Below, one piece after another: positions 19,789 to 29,202 of a DNA stretch of 64,000 nt (its first letter is position 1; the number at the start of each line of letters is the position of its first letter). The stretch comes from an uncultured Dehalococcoidales bacterium (GTDB lineage Bacteria; Chloroflexota; Dehalococcoidia; GIF9; UBA5629). The position numbers and the translations under genes are program-made. Under the pieces are notes generated by a model. It had not been told where the DNA came from. It was given only the letters and a program-made list of their open reading frames with translations, and ran no database searches. The stretch covers positions 267,919-331,918 of the forward strand of contig CAYNVO010000001.1 in NCBI GenBank assembly GCA_964400675.1, given 5' to 3'.

Positions 19789-20529
19789 ATGGCGACGAGA
19801 ACGGAAGAAATAAAATCAGTAGCACTTAAGATACTCAGATCGAATCCCAGCGGGATTCGTTATGCTGACCTTGTGAGAAAGATAGCAGAGGAACTCCCGC
19901 ACATTCCCGTTAATACTATTCATGGAAACGTTTGGAACTTGGAAACTCGATTGCCGGTTGAGGTATATAAACCTGCGCGGGGAGTCTTTCGCCATGTCGC
20001 ATTTAGAGAAGAAGAGGCAAGTGAGGAACAAAAACCGCCGGTTGAAGTTGAAAGAATAAGAGAGGAAGTTTTCTATAGGCCATTTGCAGATTGGCTTGTT
20101 AATGAAACAGAGGAGTGTACCAAAGCAATACCTTTGGGCAGAAACAAATTCAAAGATAAGTGGGGTACACCAGATGTGATAGGCAAACGAGCACCAAGGG
20201 CGAGCGATATAATCAAATTCCCTATTGAGATTGTTTCAGCCGAATTGAAAGTAGACACAAGAGACTTGATTACAGCATTTGGACAAGCTTGCTCATATAA
20301 GCTCTTCAGTCATAAATCCTATTTGGTAATACCTAGAAACTCATCCGAGGCTGACATTTCAAGATTAGACGCTTTGTGCTTGATTTTCGGGATAGGACTG
20401 GTCCTATTTGACAGCAGTAATCAGAATGAGCCTCAATTCGACATCAAAGTTCGGCCACTCAAGCATGATCCTGATATGTTCTATGTGAATGAAAATATGA
20501 AGTGGATAGAGGACGAACTATTTGAATAG
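19789..20529 (+). CDS. Mrr-like restriction endonuclease (N-terminal winged helix plus C-terminal PD-(D/E)xK)
   Basis: The N-terminus EEIKSVALKILRSNPSGIRYADLVRKIAEELP resembles Mrr_N wHTH. The C-terminus has PDVIG...(13 aa)...IVSAELK, a classic PD-(D/E)xK arrangement. The gene is AT-rich compared with leuS. Confidence 0.5.
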   Translation: MATRTEEIKSVALKILRSNPSGIRYADLVRKIAEELPHIPVNTIHGNVWNLETRLPVEVYKPARGVFRHVAFREEEASEEQKPPVEVERIREEVFYRPFADWLVNETEECTKAIPLGRNKFKDKWGTPDVIGKRAPRASDIIKFPIEIVSAELKVDTRDLITAFGQACSYKLFSHKSYLVIPRNSSEADISRLDALCLIFGIGLVLFDSSNQNEPQFDIKVRPLKHDPDMFYVNENMKWIEDELFE

Positions 20530-20597
20530 GGCTATGAAACGATGGACTGCTGGGATATGAGCGTTGGCTGCCACAAAATTTTTCATCGTAATTAGGC

Positions 20598-21254
20598 TTG
20601 GCAATAATGACACTGAAAATCGTATTAATAGTTGTACTGTGCATACTGGCGTTTCCTATATTGTGGGTCAGCCTGGCTAAAGTGGTCAGGAAGATGTTTC
20701 GTTTTCCGGCGCCGGCGTTTATCGGGCATTTGCTGGATAGCGGCTACAGGAGAAGAATACAGCCGCCGAGTCAGTTGATAGAGCGCAGTGGCATAAAGAA
20801 AGGGATGCAGGTCCTGGACCTGGGCTGTGGCAGCGGGGCGTTTACACCTTTTATTGCCCGGACGGTCGGAGAAAAGGGCAAGGTCTATGCTCTGGATATA
20901 CAGGCGGATATGCTGAAGCAGCTTGAGAATAAGCTGTCAAGGCCTGAAAACAGGGATATTAAGAATATAAAGCTCATCGAAGGCAATGCCTATGAGCTGC
21001 CGTTTGAGGATGGCTCTCTGGACCTGGTGCATATGGTGACTGTACTCCAGGAGATACCTGATAGAAACAGGGCTTTGCAGGAGGTGAAGAGGGTATTGAA
21101 GCCGGGCGGGCTTTTTGCTGTTTCGGAACTGTTTCCAGACCCCGATTATCCCTGGAAATCTACGACTATAAAGTTAGGCGAGGGAGCCGGTTTTGTGGTG
21201 GATGAGGTTTCAGGGGATTTCTTTAACTACACGGTGCGGTTTAAAAGACTATAA
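20598..21254 (+). CDS. Class I SAM-dependent methyltransferase (UbiE/COQ5-like) with an N-terminal TM helix
   Basis: VLDLGCGSGAFT motif I; acidic post-I motif (ALDIQ). Confidence 0.8.
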   Translation: MAIMTLKIVLIVVLCILAFPILWVSLAKVVRKMFRFPAPAFIGHLLDSGYRRRIQPPSQLIERSGIKKGMQVLDLGCGSGAFTPFIARTVGEKGKVYALDIQADMLKQLENKLSRPENRDIKNIKLIEGNAYELPFEDGSLDLVHMVTVLQEIPDRNRALQEVKRVLKPGGLFAVSELFPDPDYPWKSTTIKLGEGAGFVVDEVSGDFFNYTVRFKRL

Positions 21255-21259
21255 AAGCA

Positions 21260-21790
21260 GTGCTTATAGTCAAGCTGTTTATTTTAGTTGTAGTGTCTGT
21301 GGGGATTTTCGTTCTTTCATGGCAATTCTTGCGCAATCCACGCTCACGTGGTTTTTACCGCTTCTTTGCCTTCGAGTCCATCCTGATCTTAATTCTGCTA
21401 AACCTGGAGCACTGGTTGAGTGACCCATTCTCTGTCCATCAAATTGTTTCATGGTTTCTGTTGCTTTGCTCATTTGTCCTGGCGGCACAAGGGTTTTATT
21501 TGCTTCATGTGATGGGCAAGCCGAAAAGCGGAATTGAGGACACGACCACTCTGGTGGTGGTTGGTGCATATAAGTACATCCGCCATCCTCTTTACAGTTC
21601 ATTGCTGTTCCTTGTCTGGGGAGTGTTCTTTAAGGATGTGTCACTCCTCGGCGGTGTGCTGGCTTCGGTGGCTACCGCTTCTTTAATAATTACTGCCAAA
21701 ATGGAGGAGGCCGAGAATATCCAGAAGTTCGGTGCTGAATATGCTGCCTATATGAAATCAACCAGGATGTTTATACCCTTCTTGTTTTGA
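21260..21790 (+). CDS. ICMT/PEMT-family membrane methyltransferase
   Basis: Multi-TM; YKYIRHPLYSSLLFLVWGVFF motif; starts 6 nt after the preceding methyltransferase gene. Confidence 0.65.
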   Translation: MLIVKLFILVVVSVGIFVLSWQFLRNPRSRGFYRFFAFESILILILLNLEHWLSDPFSVHQIVSWFLLLCSFVLAAQGFYLLHVMGKPKSGIEDTTTLVVVGAYKYIRHPLYSSLLFLVWGVFFKDVSLLGGVLASVATASLIITAKMEEAENIQKFGAEYAAYMKSTRMFIPFLF

Positions 21791-21825
21791 GCCATGTCAG
21801 TGCCAGTGTGTTAGAATAAAGGGCG

Positions 21826-22491
21826 GTGAATATAGCGGCGAACATTAGAGAAGTACAGGGGCGCATTGCCCGGGCTTGCGAGCTGAGCCACAGGTCGCCC
21901 GAAGAGATAACACTGGTGGCGGTGACGAAGGGCTTTGAAGCTTCAGAAATAAGGACGGCTTTTGACTGCGGGGTAAGAAATTTCGGTGAGAACCGTGTTC
22001 AGGAGGCAGAGGATAAGATAGGGCAACTCGCAGACTTGAAGCCGGATGTTACCTGGCATATGGTGGGACATCTTCAGAGCAATAAGGCTAAGACAGCCGT
22101 CGGGTTATTTGACATAATCCACAGCGTTGATTCGGTAAGGCTGGCTGAGGTTTTGAGTCGGCGGGTGGAGAAAGCCTTTCCTGTTCTGCTTCAGGTGAAT
22201 GTTTCTGGAGAGGCAACCAAGGGAGGTTTCGCTGTAAATGAGGTTGAGTCAGCGGTCGAAGAGATGAGGCGCTTGCCTAATCTGAAGGTAATGGGGCTGA
22301 TGACTATTGCTCCGTTAGTGGCGGATGTTGAGAAAGCTCGCCCGGTGTTTCGAAAGCTGCGGCAGCTTGGGGATTCTTTAAGATTGGAGCATCTGTCTAT
22401 GGGTATGACCGATGATTTCGAGGTGGCGGTTGAGGAAGGGGCGACCATGCTCAGGATAGGTCGAGCTATTTTCGGCGAGAGGAGGCAATAA
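21826..22491 (+). CDS. YggS-family pyridoxal phosphate homeostasis protein
   Basis: VTKGF...NFGENRVQEA...MVGHLQSNKAK motifs of the YggS/PROSC family. Confidence 0.9.
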   Translation: MNIAANIREVQGRIARACELSHRSPEEITLVAVTKGFEASEIRTAFDCGVRNFGENRVQEAEDKIGQLADLKPDVTWHMVGHLQSNKAKTAVGLFDIIHSVDSVRLAEVLSRRVEKAFPVLLQVNVSGEATKGGFAVNEVESAVEEMRRLPNLKVMGLMTIAPLVADVEKARPVFRKLRQLGDSLRLEHLSMGMTDDFEVAVEEGATMLRIGRAIFGERRQ

Positions 22492-23288
22492 TGAAGATAA
22501 GCTTTATCGGTGGTGGAACTATGGGTGAGGCGATAATTAAGAGTCTGCTGGCTAAAGGACTAGCTAAACCAGGCGATATTGCTGTCAGCGATGTCAGCAA
22601 AACGCGGCGAGATGTCTTGAAGAAGCACGGCGTAAAGGTTGTGACTGATAATAAGGAGGCAGTTAAGGGGGCTGAGGTGGTTGTGCTGGCAGTGAAGCCG
22701 CAGGAGCTGGGCAAAGTGATGGCTGAGCTTAAGGGGCTGTCGCCTCAGCAGTTGGTGCTGTCCATAGCGGCTGGGGCTACCGTGGAGAGCTTGCAGCAGG
22801 GGCTAAGCCACTCCCGCCTGGTTCGGGCTATGCCCAACATGGCGGCACAAATCGGTGAAGGCATGACGGTGTGGACGGCAACCGATGGGGTGAGTCAGAA
22901 GCAGAAGGAAATGGCGCAGTCCATACTGGCTGCCATGGGCAAGGAAATCTATGTCAGCAGTGAGAAATACATAGACATGGCGACTGCGGTAAGCGGCAGC
23001 GGTCCGGCTTATGTTTTTCTGGTTATCGAGGCGCTGGTCGATGCCGGTGTGCATATAGGTCTGCCACGTGACATGGCTGAAAAGCTGGTGGTGCAGACGG
23101 TGCTGGGTTCGGCGCGAGCCGTAGAAGTTATGGGCAAGCACCCCGCTGAGCTGAAGAACATGGTGACATCGCCGGGGGGGACGACCACCGAGGGGTTGCT
23201 GCAGTTGGAAACAGGCAAATTGCGCTCGCTGCTTCTTCAGGCGGTCATCGCCGCCTACAACAAGGCTAAGACTCTAGGCGCTCGGTAA
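22491..23288 (+). CDS. proC: Pyrroline-5-carboxylate reductase
   Basis: N-terminal ISFIGGGTMGEAI Rossmann motif; P5CR C-terminal dimerisation region; RBS gaggagg. Confidence 0.9.
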   Translation: MKISFIGGGTMGEAIIKSLLAKGLAKPGDIAVSDVSKTRRDVLKKHGVKVVTDNKEAVKGAEVVVLAVKPQELGKVMAELKGLSPQQLVLSIAAGATVESLQQGLSHSRLVRAMPNMAAQIGEGMTVWTATDGVSQKQKEMAQSILAAMGKEIYVSSEKYIDMATAVSGSGPAYVFLVIEALVDAGVHIGLPRDMAEKLVVQTVLGSARAVEVMGKHPAELKNMVTSPGGTTTEGLLQLETGKLRSLLLQAVIAAYNKAKTLGAR

Positions 23289-23341
23289 AAGTGACTCCGC
23301 GCCGCCCTATTGCACTTTGTTGCTGTACCCAGACAGCACTA

Positions 23342-25123
23342 TTATCTAGTTTTTCGCCCGGTTGTCTTGGAGCCCCCCGTTTTTTTGATAGCTTGCTGCT
23401 TTGATTTGACCTTCGTTTTGGCAGGAGACCGCGGCTTTGGTTTAGGTGAGGGAGCCTTCTTCTCCTTCTTGGTGGTGACCTGGCGTGCAGGCGCTGACTT
23501 GAGACGGTATAAGAAATAGCACAATCCGCCGATGACCAGCAATATGAGCAGTATGAATATGATGGGCCACGTAAGGTCGGTCTTCCACAAGATTTCTTCG
23601 GTGCGGGGGCCGGCCATAGTGATGGTACCGTTGGTGTTCACCGGCTTGAGTACGCCACCCAGGCCACCTAGGATGCCCCCGATGGGGACTGTCGGCAGCG
23701 CCAGGTTGTATTCGGCGTTGCTGCCAGCGGGATGATAGGATTTATCGTCGACAGGCGGGTAATCCGATTTCAGGTGCAGCAGGTAATAGGTGTCGTAAAA
23801 TGCGGTGACGTCCCCTGCCTTGTTGACGGTAAACCACACGTCCCTGTTATGGGATGTGCTGCCATCGGGCAGTCTGAACTCCTTGAAAACGTATTTTATT
23901 TCCTCCTGGGGCTGGATTGGGCTTGATGCCGTGGTGCTGAAGGTGCTACCTATGGTGTGGAAGCCTGTGCCCGCAGGCTCGTAGACGCCGGTGGGGTCAC
24001 TGCCGGTCTTGATAAATGCCTGCTGCTCATAATCGAAGTAGGCTTCTGTGACGGTCCCTCCCACCACTATTTGGTTTGCGCCCTTGACTTCGAATCTGGT
24101 GTTGGGGTCAGTGCCGGGTATCACGGTTTGGTCGACGGTAACTAGATGGAGTTCGTCCGACTTTGTAGAAAAGGTTTGAGATTGGTTTGCTCCAAGTGTT
24201 GCCTTTTGTATGCCGTCAATTAACACCTTTGTCTGACCCTGGTTAAGGTTGGGGCCCATTCTGACGGTAAAAGAATCAGTGTGTGTGCCCGGGGCAAGGT
24301 AGGAAATGTAGTTAACCCAGCAATCGACGATAAGTATGAAGGGGCGGTTGACGGTGGGTGGGCAGCAGTTGGTGCCAGGGCAGATACCTGTATCGGTAAC
24401 AGTAGCCGTTACGTTCCACATGCCGCAGGTGCCCGGGGTGGGTGTGCCGGAGACGGCGCCGGTGGTATTGTTCACGGTCAGTCCCGTCGGCAACCCGGTC
24501 GCAGTCCAGTTAACTGGTCCCACATTACCGGCGGCGGTCAACGTCATGGCGAACGGCATGCCCTCCCATGCCACCGGGTAAAACACCGGGTTGATGGTCA
24601 GGCTACAATTTGGTGGGGTACCAGGTGGTGTCGGGGCAGGTACTATATTGAGGGTGATAGCTGCAATGGTCGGCGAGGGGTAGGTTATGCAAAATGGAAA
24701 GGGGCACCAAGCACAGCCTGGGCAACCAACGCAAAGCTCCGTGCAATAAACGCCAAAGGTATACGTGGGTCCAGGTGCCAGAGACGCATCCTTGGGAGGG
24801 CAACCTGAAAGTACCCCGGTATTCGGATCTAGATTTACCCATGGCGGCACCCCTGTCCCCGTATCTAACAGCCAAAAGAAAACGTTTCGCGCCGGGTTCG
24901 AGCACGTACAGCAGGTATTGGTAAATGTGGGACCAACAAAGGGCAAGCATTCGGGCAGTGGTGGAGAATTCCATACGGCAGGATTAATGTCAAATTGAGC
25001 CTGTACCGGCTTGGTGTTCAGCGCCATGCCTCCCGTAGCCAGTGTCAAGGCGATTAAAATGCATAGGCATAACCTGAAAAAGCCCACTGCCCGCCGGCTC
25101 TTGGTAAAATTCGATGTTCTCAT
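23342..25123 (-). CDS. Hypothetical cell-surface protein (signal peptide, Cys-rich N-region, C-terminal TM, Lys/Pro-rich cytoplasmic tail)
   Basis: The hydrophobic N-terminus and the C-terminal IIFILLILLVIGGLCYFLY followed by a basic tail are seen directly; no enzymatic motif is apparent. Confidence 0.5.
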   Translation of the reverse strand: MRTSNFTKSRRAVGFFRLCLCILIALTLATGGMALNTKPVQAQFDINPAVWNSPPLPECLPFVGPTFTNTCCTCSNPARNVFFWLLDTGTGVPPWVNLDPNTGVLSGCPPKDASLAPGPTYTFGVYCTELCVGCPGCAWCPFPFCITYPSPTIAAITLNIVPAPTPPGTPPNCSLTINPVFYPVAWEGMPFAMTLTAAGNVGPVNWTATGLPTGLTVNNTTGAVSGTPTPGTCGMWNVTATVTDTGICPGTNCCPPTVNRPFILIVDCWVNYISYLAPGTHTDSFTVRMGPNLNQGQTKVLIDGIQKATLGANQSQTFSTKSDELHLVTVDQTVIPGTDPNTRFEVKGANQIVVGGTVTEAYFDYEQQAFIKTGSDPTGVYEPAGTGFHTIGSTFSTTASSPIQPQEEIKYVFKEFRLPDGSTSHNRDVWFTVNKAGDVTAFYDTYYLLHLKSDYPPVDDKSYHPAGSNAEYNLALPTVPIGGILGGLGGVLKPVNTNGTITMAGPRTEEILWKTDLTWPIIFILLILLVIGGLCYFLYRLKSAPARQVTTKKEKKAPSPKPKPRSPAKTKVKSKQQAIKKTGGSKTTGRKTR

Positions 25124-25216
25124 TTCACTACCTCCTTATCTACTGAAACCGAATGAACTCTCTTTTTCACTTTATTGTGCTAAATATGAACCGTCAAGGA
25201 GTATAAGGGAGAGGTG

Positions 25217-26311
25217 CTAATAGCGTTGCCCATCGTAATAATCAGGGTAAGGTGCAGGTGGAGGAGTTTGCTGGCATTCTCGCAACGCCTCGGCCTGGGT
25301 GTTGTGACAGCAACCTCCCATCTGGAGGCACTGAGTCTGGGAGACCTGGCCGACCTGGCCGTTCACGCAGCACCAGCACGATGTCATCTGCTGGCAGACT
25401 TGCTGCGCCTGGTACTGGTTGTCGTAACAGTTGCCCACGAGGCGACACTCATTTATGGTGACATAGCCGACCGCGCCGTCCCGGCGGCAGCACCAGCACA
25501 TCGGCTGGCAGGCTTGCTGCGCAAGGGACTGGTCGGCGTACCACTCGCCGCCCACCTGGGTACACTGAGATTTGGTGGCCTGGTTGACCTGGCCGCCATG
25601 GCCGCCCACGCAGCACCAGCCTTCCGGCTCGCTGTAGCAATACCATTTTTGCGTCATGTCAGGGGAGTAGTAACAGAGCTCATCGGAGCATCTCTGGGTG
25701 AACCCCTCGCTTTTTGCCTCAGCCGGTGTCAGACAGTAGGGGCAGCTGGTGGGACATTCGAAAAACTCAGGTTCGTTGTGAGTAGTAGGCGATTGTGGTT
25801 GGGTTGAAGTAGGCGAGGAATACTGGTCTCCCCAGTCAGGCGTCTCAGGTCGGTTTGACATAGACACCGGTGGGATGAGGGAAGCAGGCTGCGGCGGAAG
25901 CTCAGTGGCAAAAGATAGCGTTAGCCTTTTCTCCACTTCGCCGAAATCGTTTCTTGCGTACAGGACGGCCTCGAAGGTATTGCTGTTGTCGCCCGCCCGT
26001 ATGGCGTAGGTCGGGTTCCCCGGGACAGTCCCCTTAAGGGTGTGGGCGTCAGGGTTATTGACCTCTTTGAGGATATTGCCCGCCTCAACCAGCCGTATGT
26101 ACGTGGCGCCACTCACCACGAATTCATACATGGCGAAACTGCCGTCATCCAGCACCAATTTGTCAGCCTCGAACTTTTTGATGTTCGGCGCCTTTCCGTT
26201 CGCGGAGTACCCGGTTGCCCCAACGGTAATCAGGCAAACCAGTACCAGGCACAGGCACAACATGAGAGAGCTATTCAGCCGCTGGCTCTTTCCGTAACTC
26301 GTTGTCTTCAT
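25217..26311 (-). CDS. Secreted Cys-rich repeat protein (three CWCC...GQVGQV...AQQxCQ repeats)
   Basis: Signal peptide; Pro/Thr-rich linker; three ~40-aa Cys-rich repeats at the C-terminus. Confidence 0.5.
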   Translation of the reverse strand: MKTTSYGKSQRLNSSLMLCLCLVLVCLITVGATGYSANGKAPNIKKFEADKLVLDDGSFAMYEFVVSGATYIRLVEAGNILKEVNNPDAHTLKGTVPGNPTYAIRAGDNSNTFEAVLYARNDFGEVEKRLTLSFATELPPQPASLIPPVSMSNRPETPDWGDQYSSPTSTQPQSPTTHNEPEFFECPTSCPYCLTPAEAKSEGFTQRCSDELCYYSPDMTQKWYCYSEPEGWCCVGGHGGQVNQATKSQCTQVGGEWYADQSLAQQACQPMCWCCRRDGAVGYVTINECRLVGNCYDNQYQAQQVCQQMTSCWCCVNGQVGQVSQTQCLQMGGCCHNTQAEALRECQQTPPPAPYPDYYDGQRY

Positions 26312-26574
26312 TGTCCTTCACCTCCCGGGCTTATTTGCTGTCTGGACTGCTGCTCTGCACACATCAGAATAGCCAGTGCTAGTTTGCTCTTTTTCATTGT
26401 GCTTGTCAATAGGTAGAGTTGTCTGATAAATTGAGTCATGTGGTATTATACTTTTGCCGGAGGCTATAATGAGTGGATTCTTGAGTAAAAGAGAGACCGA
26501 AGGCAAAGTTGACAACGAGTTCGGCAAACCGACCTCGTCATTGCGGGCGAAGTGTGGCAATATTGAGGTTCCAC

Positions 26575-26750
26575 CAACCCATCGAGATTCCTCGGTCGTT
26601 TCACTCCCTCAGAATGACAGGGAAGAGAGACCGAGATTGCCACGTCCCGACGCAATCGGGACTCGCAATGACGTGAAGAGACGGAGAGATTGCCACGTCG
26701 TCCTTCCCATTCGGGAAGGGCTTCCTGGCAATGACGGCAAAAACTCCGAA
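26575..26750. repeat. Copy of the palindromic intergenic repeat family (gagattcYtcggtc...cctcagaatgacagg; accgagattgccacg x2)
   Basis: Shares more than 30-nt blocks with the copies at 56.9 kb and 61.9 kb. Confidence 0.6.
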
Positions 26751-26813
26751 TTCGATCTTGACTGGGATGACGGGCAGCTATTCCCTGAGATTCTTTATCC
26801 GGATGCGGATTTT

Positions 26814-27542
26814 ATGCTGCGGAGAATGAACGAAGCCACGCTGGAGAGCGTGAACCCGATGGTGGGGGAGAGGATACTGGATATCGGATGCGGCAGGGGC
26901 ATCGAAGGCGTGGAGATGGCTAAAAAGGGAGCCGTGGTTATCGGGCTTGAGCCTTCACACGTAATGATTAAGCATGCCAGTAGCTACATTTTTGAGAATG
27001 GAGCCAATGTGAGCCTGGTGCGGGGATTGGGTGAATATGTGCCGTTAAGAGCTAAGTCTATGGATAAAGTTGTTTGCAAGGGGGCGCTGGACCATTTTCC
27101 TGACCCGGCGAAGGTCATGGAACAGATTGCACTAGTGCTTAAGCCTGGAGGCAAGGCGATAATAGCCATAGCTAATTTTGAGAGCCTCGGCTTCAAACTG
27201 GGGAGGATGGTGTGGTGGCTAAGGAAAAAACTTGGCTTTAAGGCTCCGGCGGGGAGGATGCTGTGGGAGGTGCCGGAAGACCATACATATAAGTTTGATT
27301 ATTCATCACTCAGGCGTCTGGTGAGCAACCATCTCGATGTAGAAAAGGCTACCGGGGTGTCGTTGCTTTTTGGTCTTCCGTGGTGGGGTGTGTTGCTGGC
27401 TAAATTGCCCGGAAATATCTCGCTCGCCATATTGAGGTCGCTGGATAAAATAGCTCGTTGCTTCCCTTCGCTCAGCGATGTTGTGGTGTTGAGATGCAGG
27501 TCTAAGAGTTCAGGGAATCGTGGGCCTTGCGGGCGTAGATGA
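26814..27542 (+). CDS. Class I SAM-dependent methyltransferase
   Basis: ILDIGCGRGIEGVEMA motif I. The track ORF starts at 26454, but its first ~120 codons read through a repeat copy; the first in-frame ATG after the repeat is at 26814. Confidence 0.65.
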   Translation: MLRRMNEATLESVNPMVGERILDIGCGRGIEGVEMAKKGAVVIGLEPSHVMIKHASSYIFENGANVSLVRGLGEYVPLRAKSMDKVVCKGALDHFPDPAKVMEQIALVLKPGGKAIIAIANFESLGFKLGRMVWWLRKKLGFKAPAGRMLWEVPEDHTYKFDYSSLRRLVSNHLDVEKATGVSLLFGLPWWGVLLAKLPGNISLAILRSLDKIARCFPSLSDVVVLRCRSKSSGNRGPCGRR

Positions 27543-28227
27543 CCAGGCTTTTAGAGAAGAATTTGTTGAGGAAATCGTCAATCACGCGGACGGGTTTGCT
27601 GTTCTTGTATATGTCCCAGACCAGGAATCTGTGGTAGAGCGAAGGTATCAATGCCTTCTCATTTTCTACGCCGAAGAGGCTGCGGGATATCCAGTAGAAA
27701 GAATGCAGGGCGTGTTTGTGGCGAACCGCAAAAATATTCAGGTTGTTCCGCTTTAGCCTGGATATGATTTCGCTGGCTTTGTATATTCTGATGTGGCCTC
27801 CTGGCTTGCCATGGTAGCCTCTGGATAGTTTCCAGCATATAGTTTCGGGGAGGTATGAGGGGACGCTGATGGCAAGCGTGCCATCAGCTTTTAGAACTCT
27901 AACCAGCTCCTTAATACCTTGAATGTCGTCAGGGACGTGTTCCAGAACTTCAGAGCAGATAACCTTATCGAAAGAGGCATCTTTGAAAGGTAGGCTGGTT
28001 ATGTCACCTCTGGAAAGAAGCCATTTCCCTCTGGTTTCGCCCTGCTGTTCCATGGCGAAAAGGGCATAATGTGCCTTTTTCAGATTTGTATCATCCAGGT
28101 CCAGGGCACAAACCAGGCAATCGCTTCGTTTACATGCTTCCCAGCTATGTCTGCCTTCGCCGCAACCGACATCCAGTACCCGCTCACCGTCCTTAATTCC
28201 TATGAGGTCATAGTCAATGGTAAGCAT
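27502..28227 (-). CDS. Class I SAM-dependent methyltransferase
   Basis: VLDVGCGEGRHS motif I; convergent with the previous gene, with a 41-nt 3' overlap. Confidence 0.8.
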   Translation of the reverse strand: MLTIDYDLIGIKDGERVLDVGCGEGRHSWEACKRSDCLVCALDLDDTNLKKAHYALFAMEQQGETRGKWLLSRGDITSLPFKDASFDKVICSEVLEHVPDDIQGIKELVRVLKADGTLAISVPSYLPETICWKLSRGYHGKPGGHIRIYKASEIISRLKRNNLNIFAVRHKHALHSFYWISRSLFGVENEKALIPSLYHRFLVWDIYKNSKPVRVIDDFLNKFFSKSLVIYARKAHDSLNS

Positions 28228-28365
28228 TCATAATACCCTTGGTAGATTTCTTTAAGTTTCGATGGTGGCTTGGTTAGAGGGTAAATTTCTCCAAAGAACA
28301 ACCACAGACGGCAAGAGATTGATTGCTGTCTTAGTGAGTTAAGCTAAACTGTATTTTGGGTTTTA

Positions 28366-28632
28366 TTAAGTAGCTTCCGGAGTTTTGCCAGGGTGAAGTT
28401 TTTTCCACTTTTCCAGTAGCTGTTCCTTGCTTTCTTTATGGTCGGCATCCGGGATACAACAATCTACAGGGCAAACCTCAACGCATTTTGGTGCTGCAAA
28501 CCAGCCGACGCATTCAGTGCACTTGGCGGGGTCGATTTCGTATATCGATGCCCCTTCTTTGATGGACTGGTTCTTGCATTCTGGCTCGCAGGCACCGCAG
28601 CTAATGCACTCATCAGTGATTTTGTACGCCAT
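28366..28632 (-). CDS. 4Fe-4S ferredoxin-like protein (YfhL-type)
   Basis: CISCGACEPEC and C...CVEVCPVDCC cysteine clusters. Confidence 0.8.
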   Translation of the reverse strand: MAYKITDECISCGACEPECKNQSIKEGASIYEIDPAKCTECVGWFAAPKCVEVCPVDCCIPDADHKESKEQLLEKWKKLHPGKTPEAT

Positions 28633-28719
28633 TTTTAAGTTAACCTCCTTAGATTTTGATATATTAGCTATTTCTAGTGATATTGTCCAGATAGTGGTAT
28701 CCAGGTCAAGGCTTATAAG

Positions 28720-29199
28720 TCATAGGGTAAACTTTTTTATCAGTGCTTTGGCGACATGGTCTGGCACCATTGCCTCGAGGCAACCTCCTAGCTGGGCTAC
28801 TTCCTTAAGCAGGCTGGAGCTGAGGAATTGAAATTGAAGGCTTGCCATAAAGCAGACCAATTCGAGCTCAGGTGCCAGTTTTTTGTTCATCATCGCCATC
28901 TCGAACTCTCGTTCAAAGTCGGAGCTCATTCTTAGCCCTCTGACCATAACATGTGCCCCCATCTTTTTAGCGAAATCGACAGTAAGCCCACAATAGGATT
29001 GCGTCTCGACATTCTTCAGATGAACTGTTGATTGCTTGACCATCTGCACCCGTTCTTCGGTAGAGAAAAGAAGACGTTTCTCAGGTCTGTCATAAACACC
29101 TACGATTAGCTTGTCGAATATTGATGAAGAGCGTTTGATGATGTCAAGATGTCCATGAGTTATAGGGTCGAAGCTGCCGGCATAGATAGCGATAGTCAA
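28720..29199 (-). CDS. coaD: Phosphopantetheine adenylyltransferase
   Basis: IAIYAGSFDPITHGHLDII (HxGH nucleotidyltransferase motif); 159 aa. Confidence 0.95.
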   Translation of the reverse strand: MTIAIYAGSFDPITHGHLDIIKRSSSIFDKLIVGVYDRPEKRLLFSTEERVQMVKQSTVHLKNVETQSYCGLTVDFAKKMGAHVMVRGLRMSSDFEREFEMAMMNKKLAPELELVCFMASLQFQFLSSSLLKEVAQLGGCLEAMVPDHVAKALIKKFTL

Positions 29200-29202
29200 C
29201 GT

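Noticed and set aside
24281-24998. Several + strand ORFs (24281..24808, 24336..24581, 24694..24924, 24765..24998)
   Set aside because: Antisense to the 593-aa surface-protein gene; Gly/Arg-rich with no motifs.
25214-25807. 197-aa + strand ORF
   Set aside because: Antisense to the Cys-rich secreted protein gene; low-complexity Ala/Leu/Arg-rich translation typical of antisense frames in GC-rich coding DNA.
26454-26813. Long N-terminal extensions of track ORFs 26454..27542, 52905..54623, 55511..56083 and 62281..63516
   Set aside because: The extensions read through repeat elements or overlap the upstream gene. Shorter starts with RBS or translational-coupling support are used instead.
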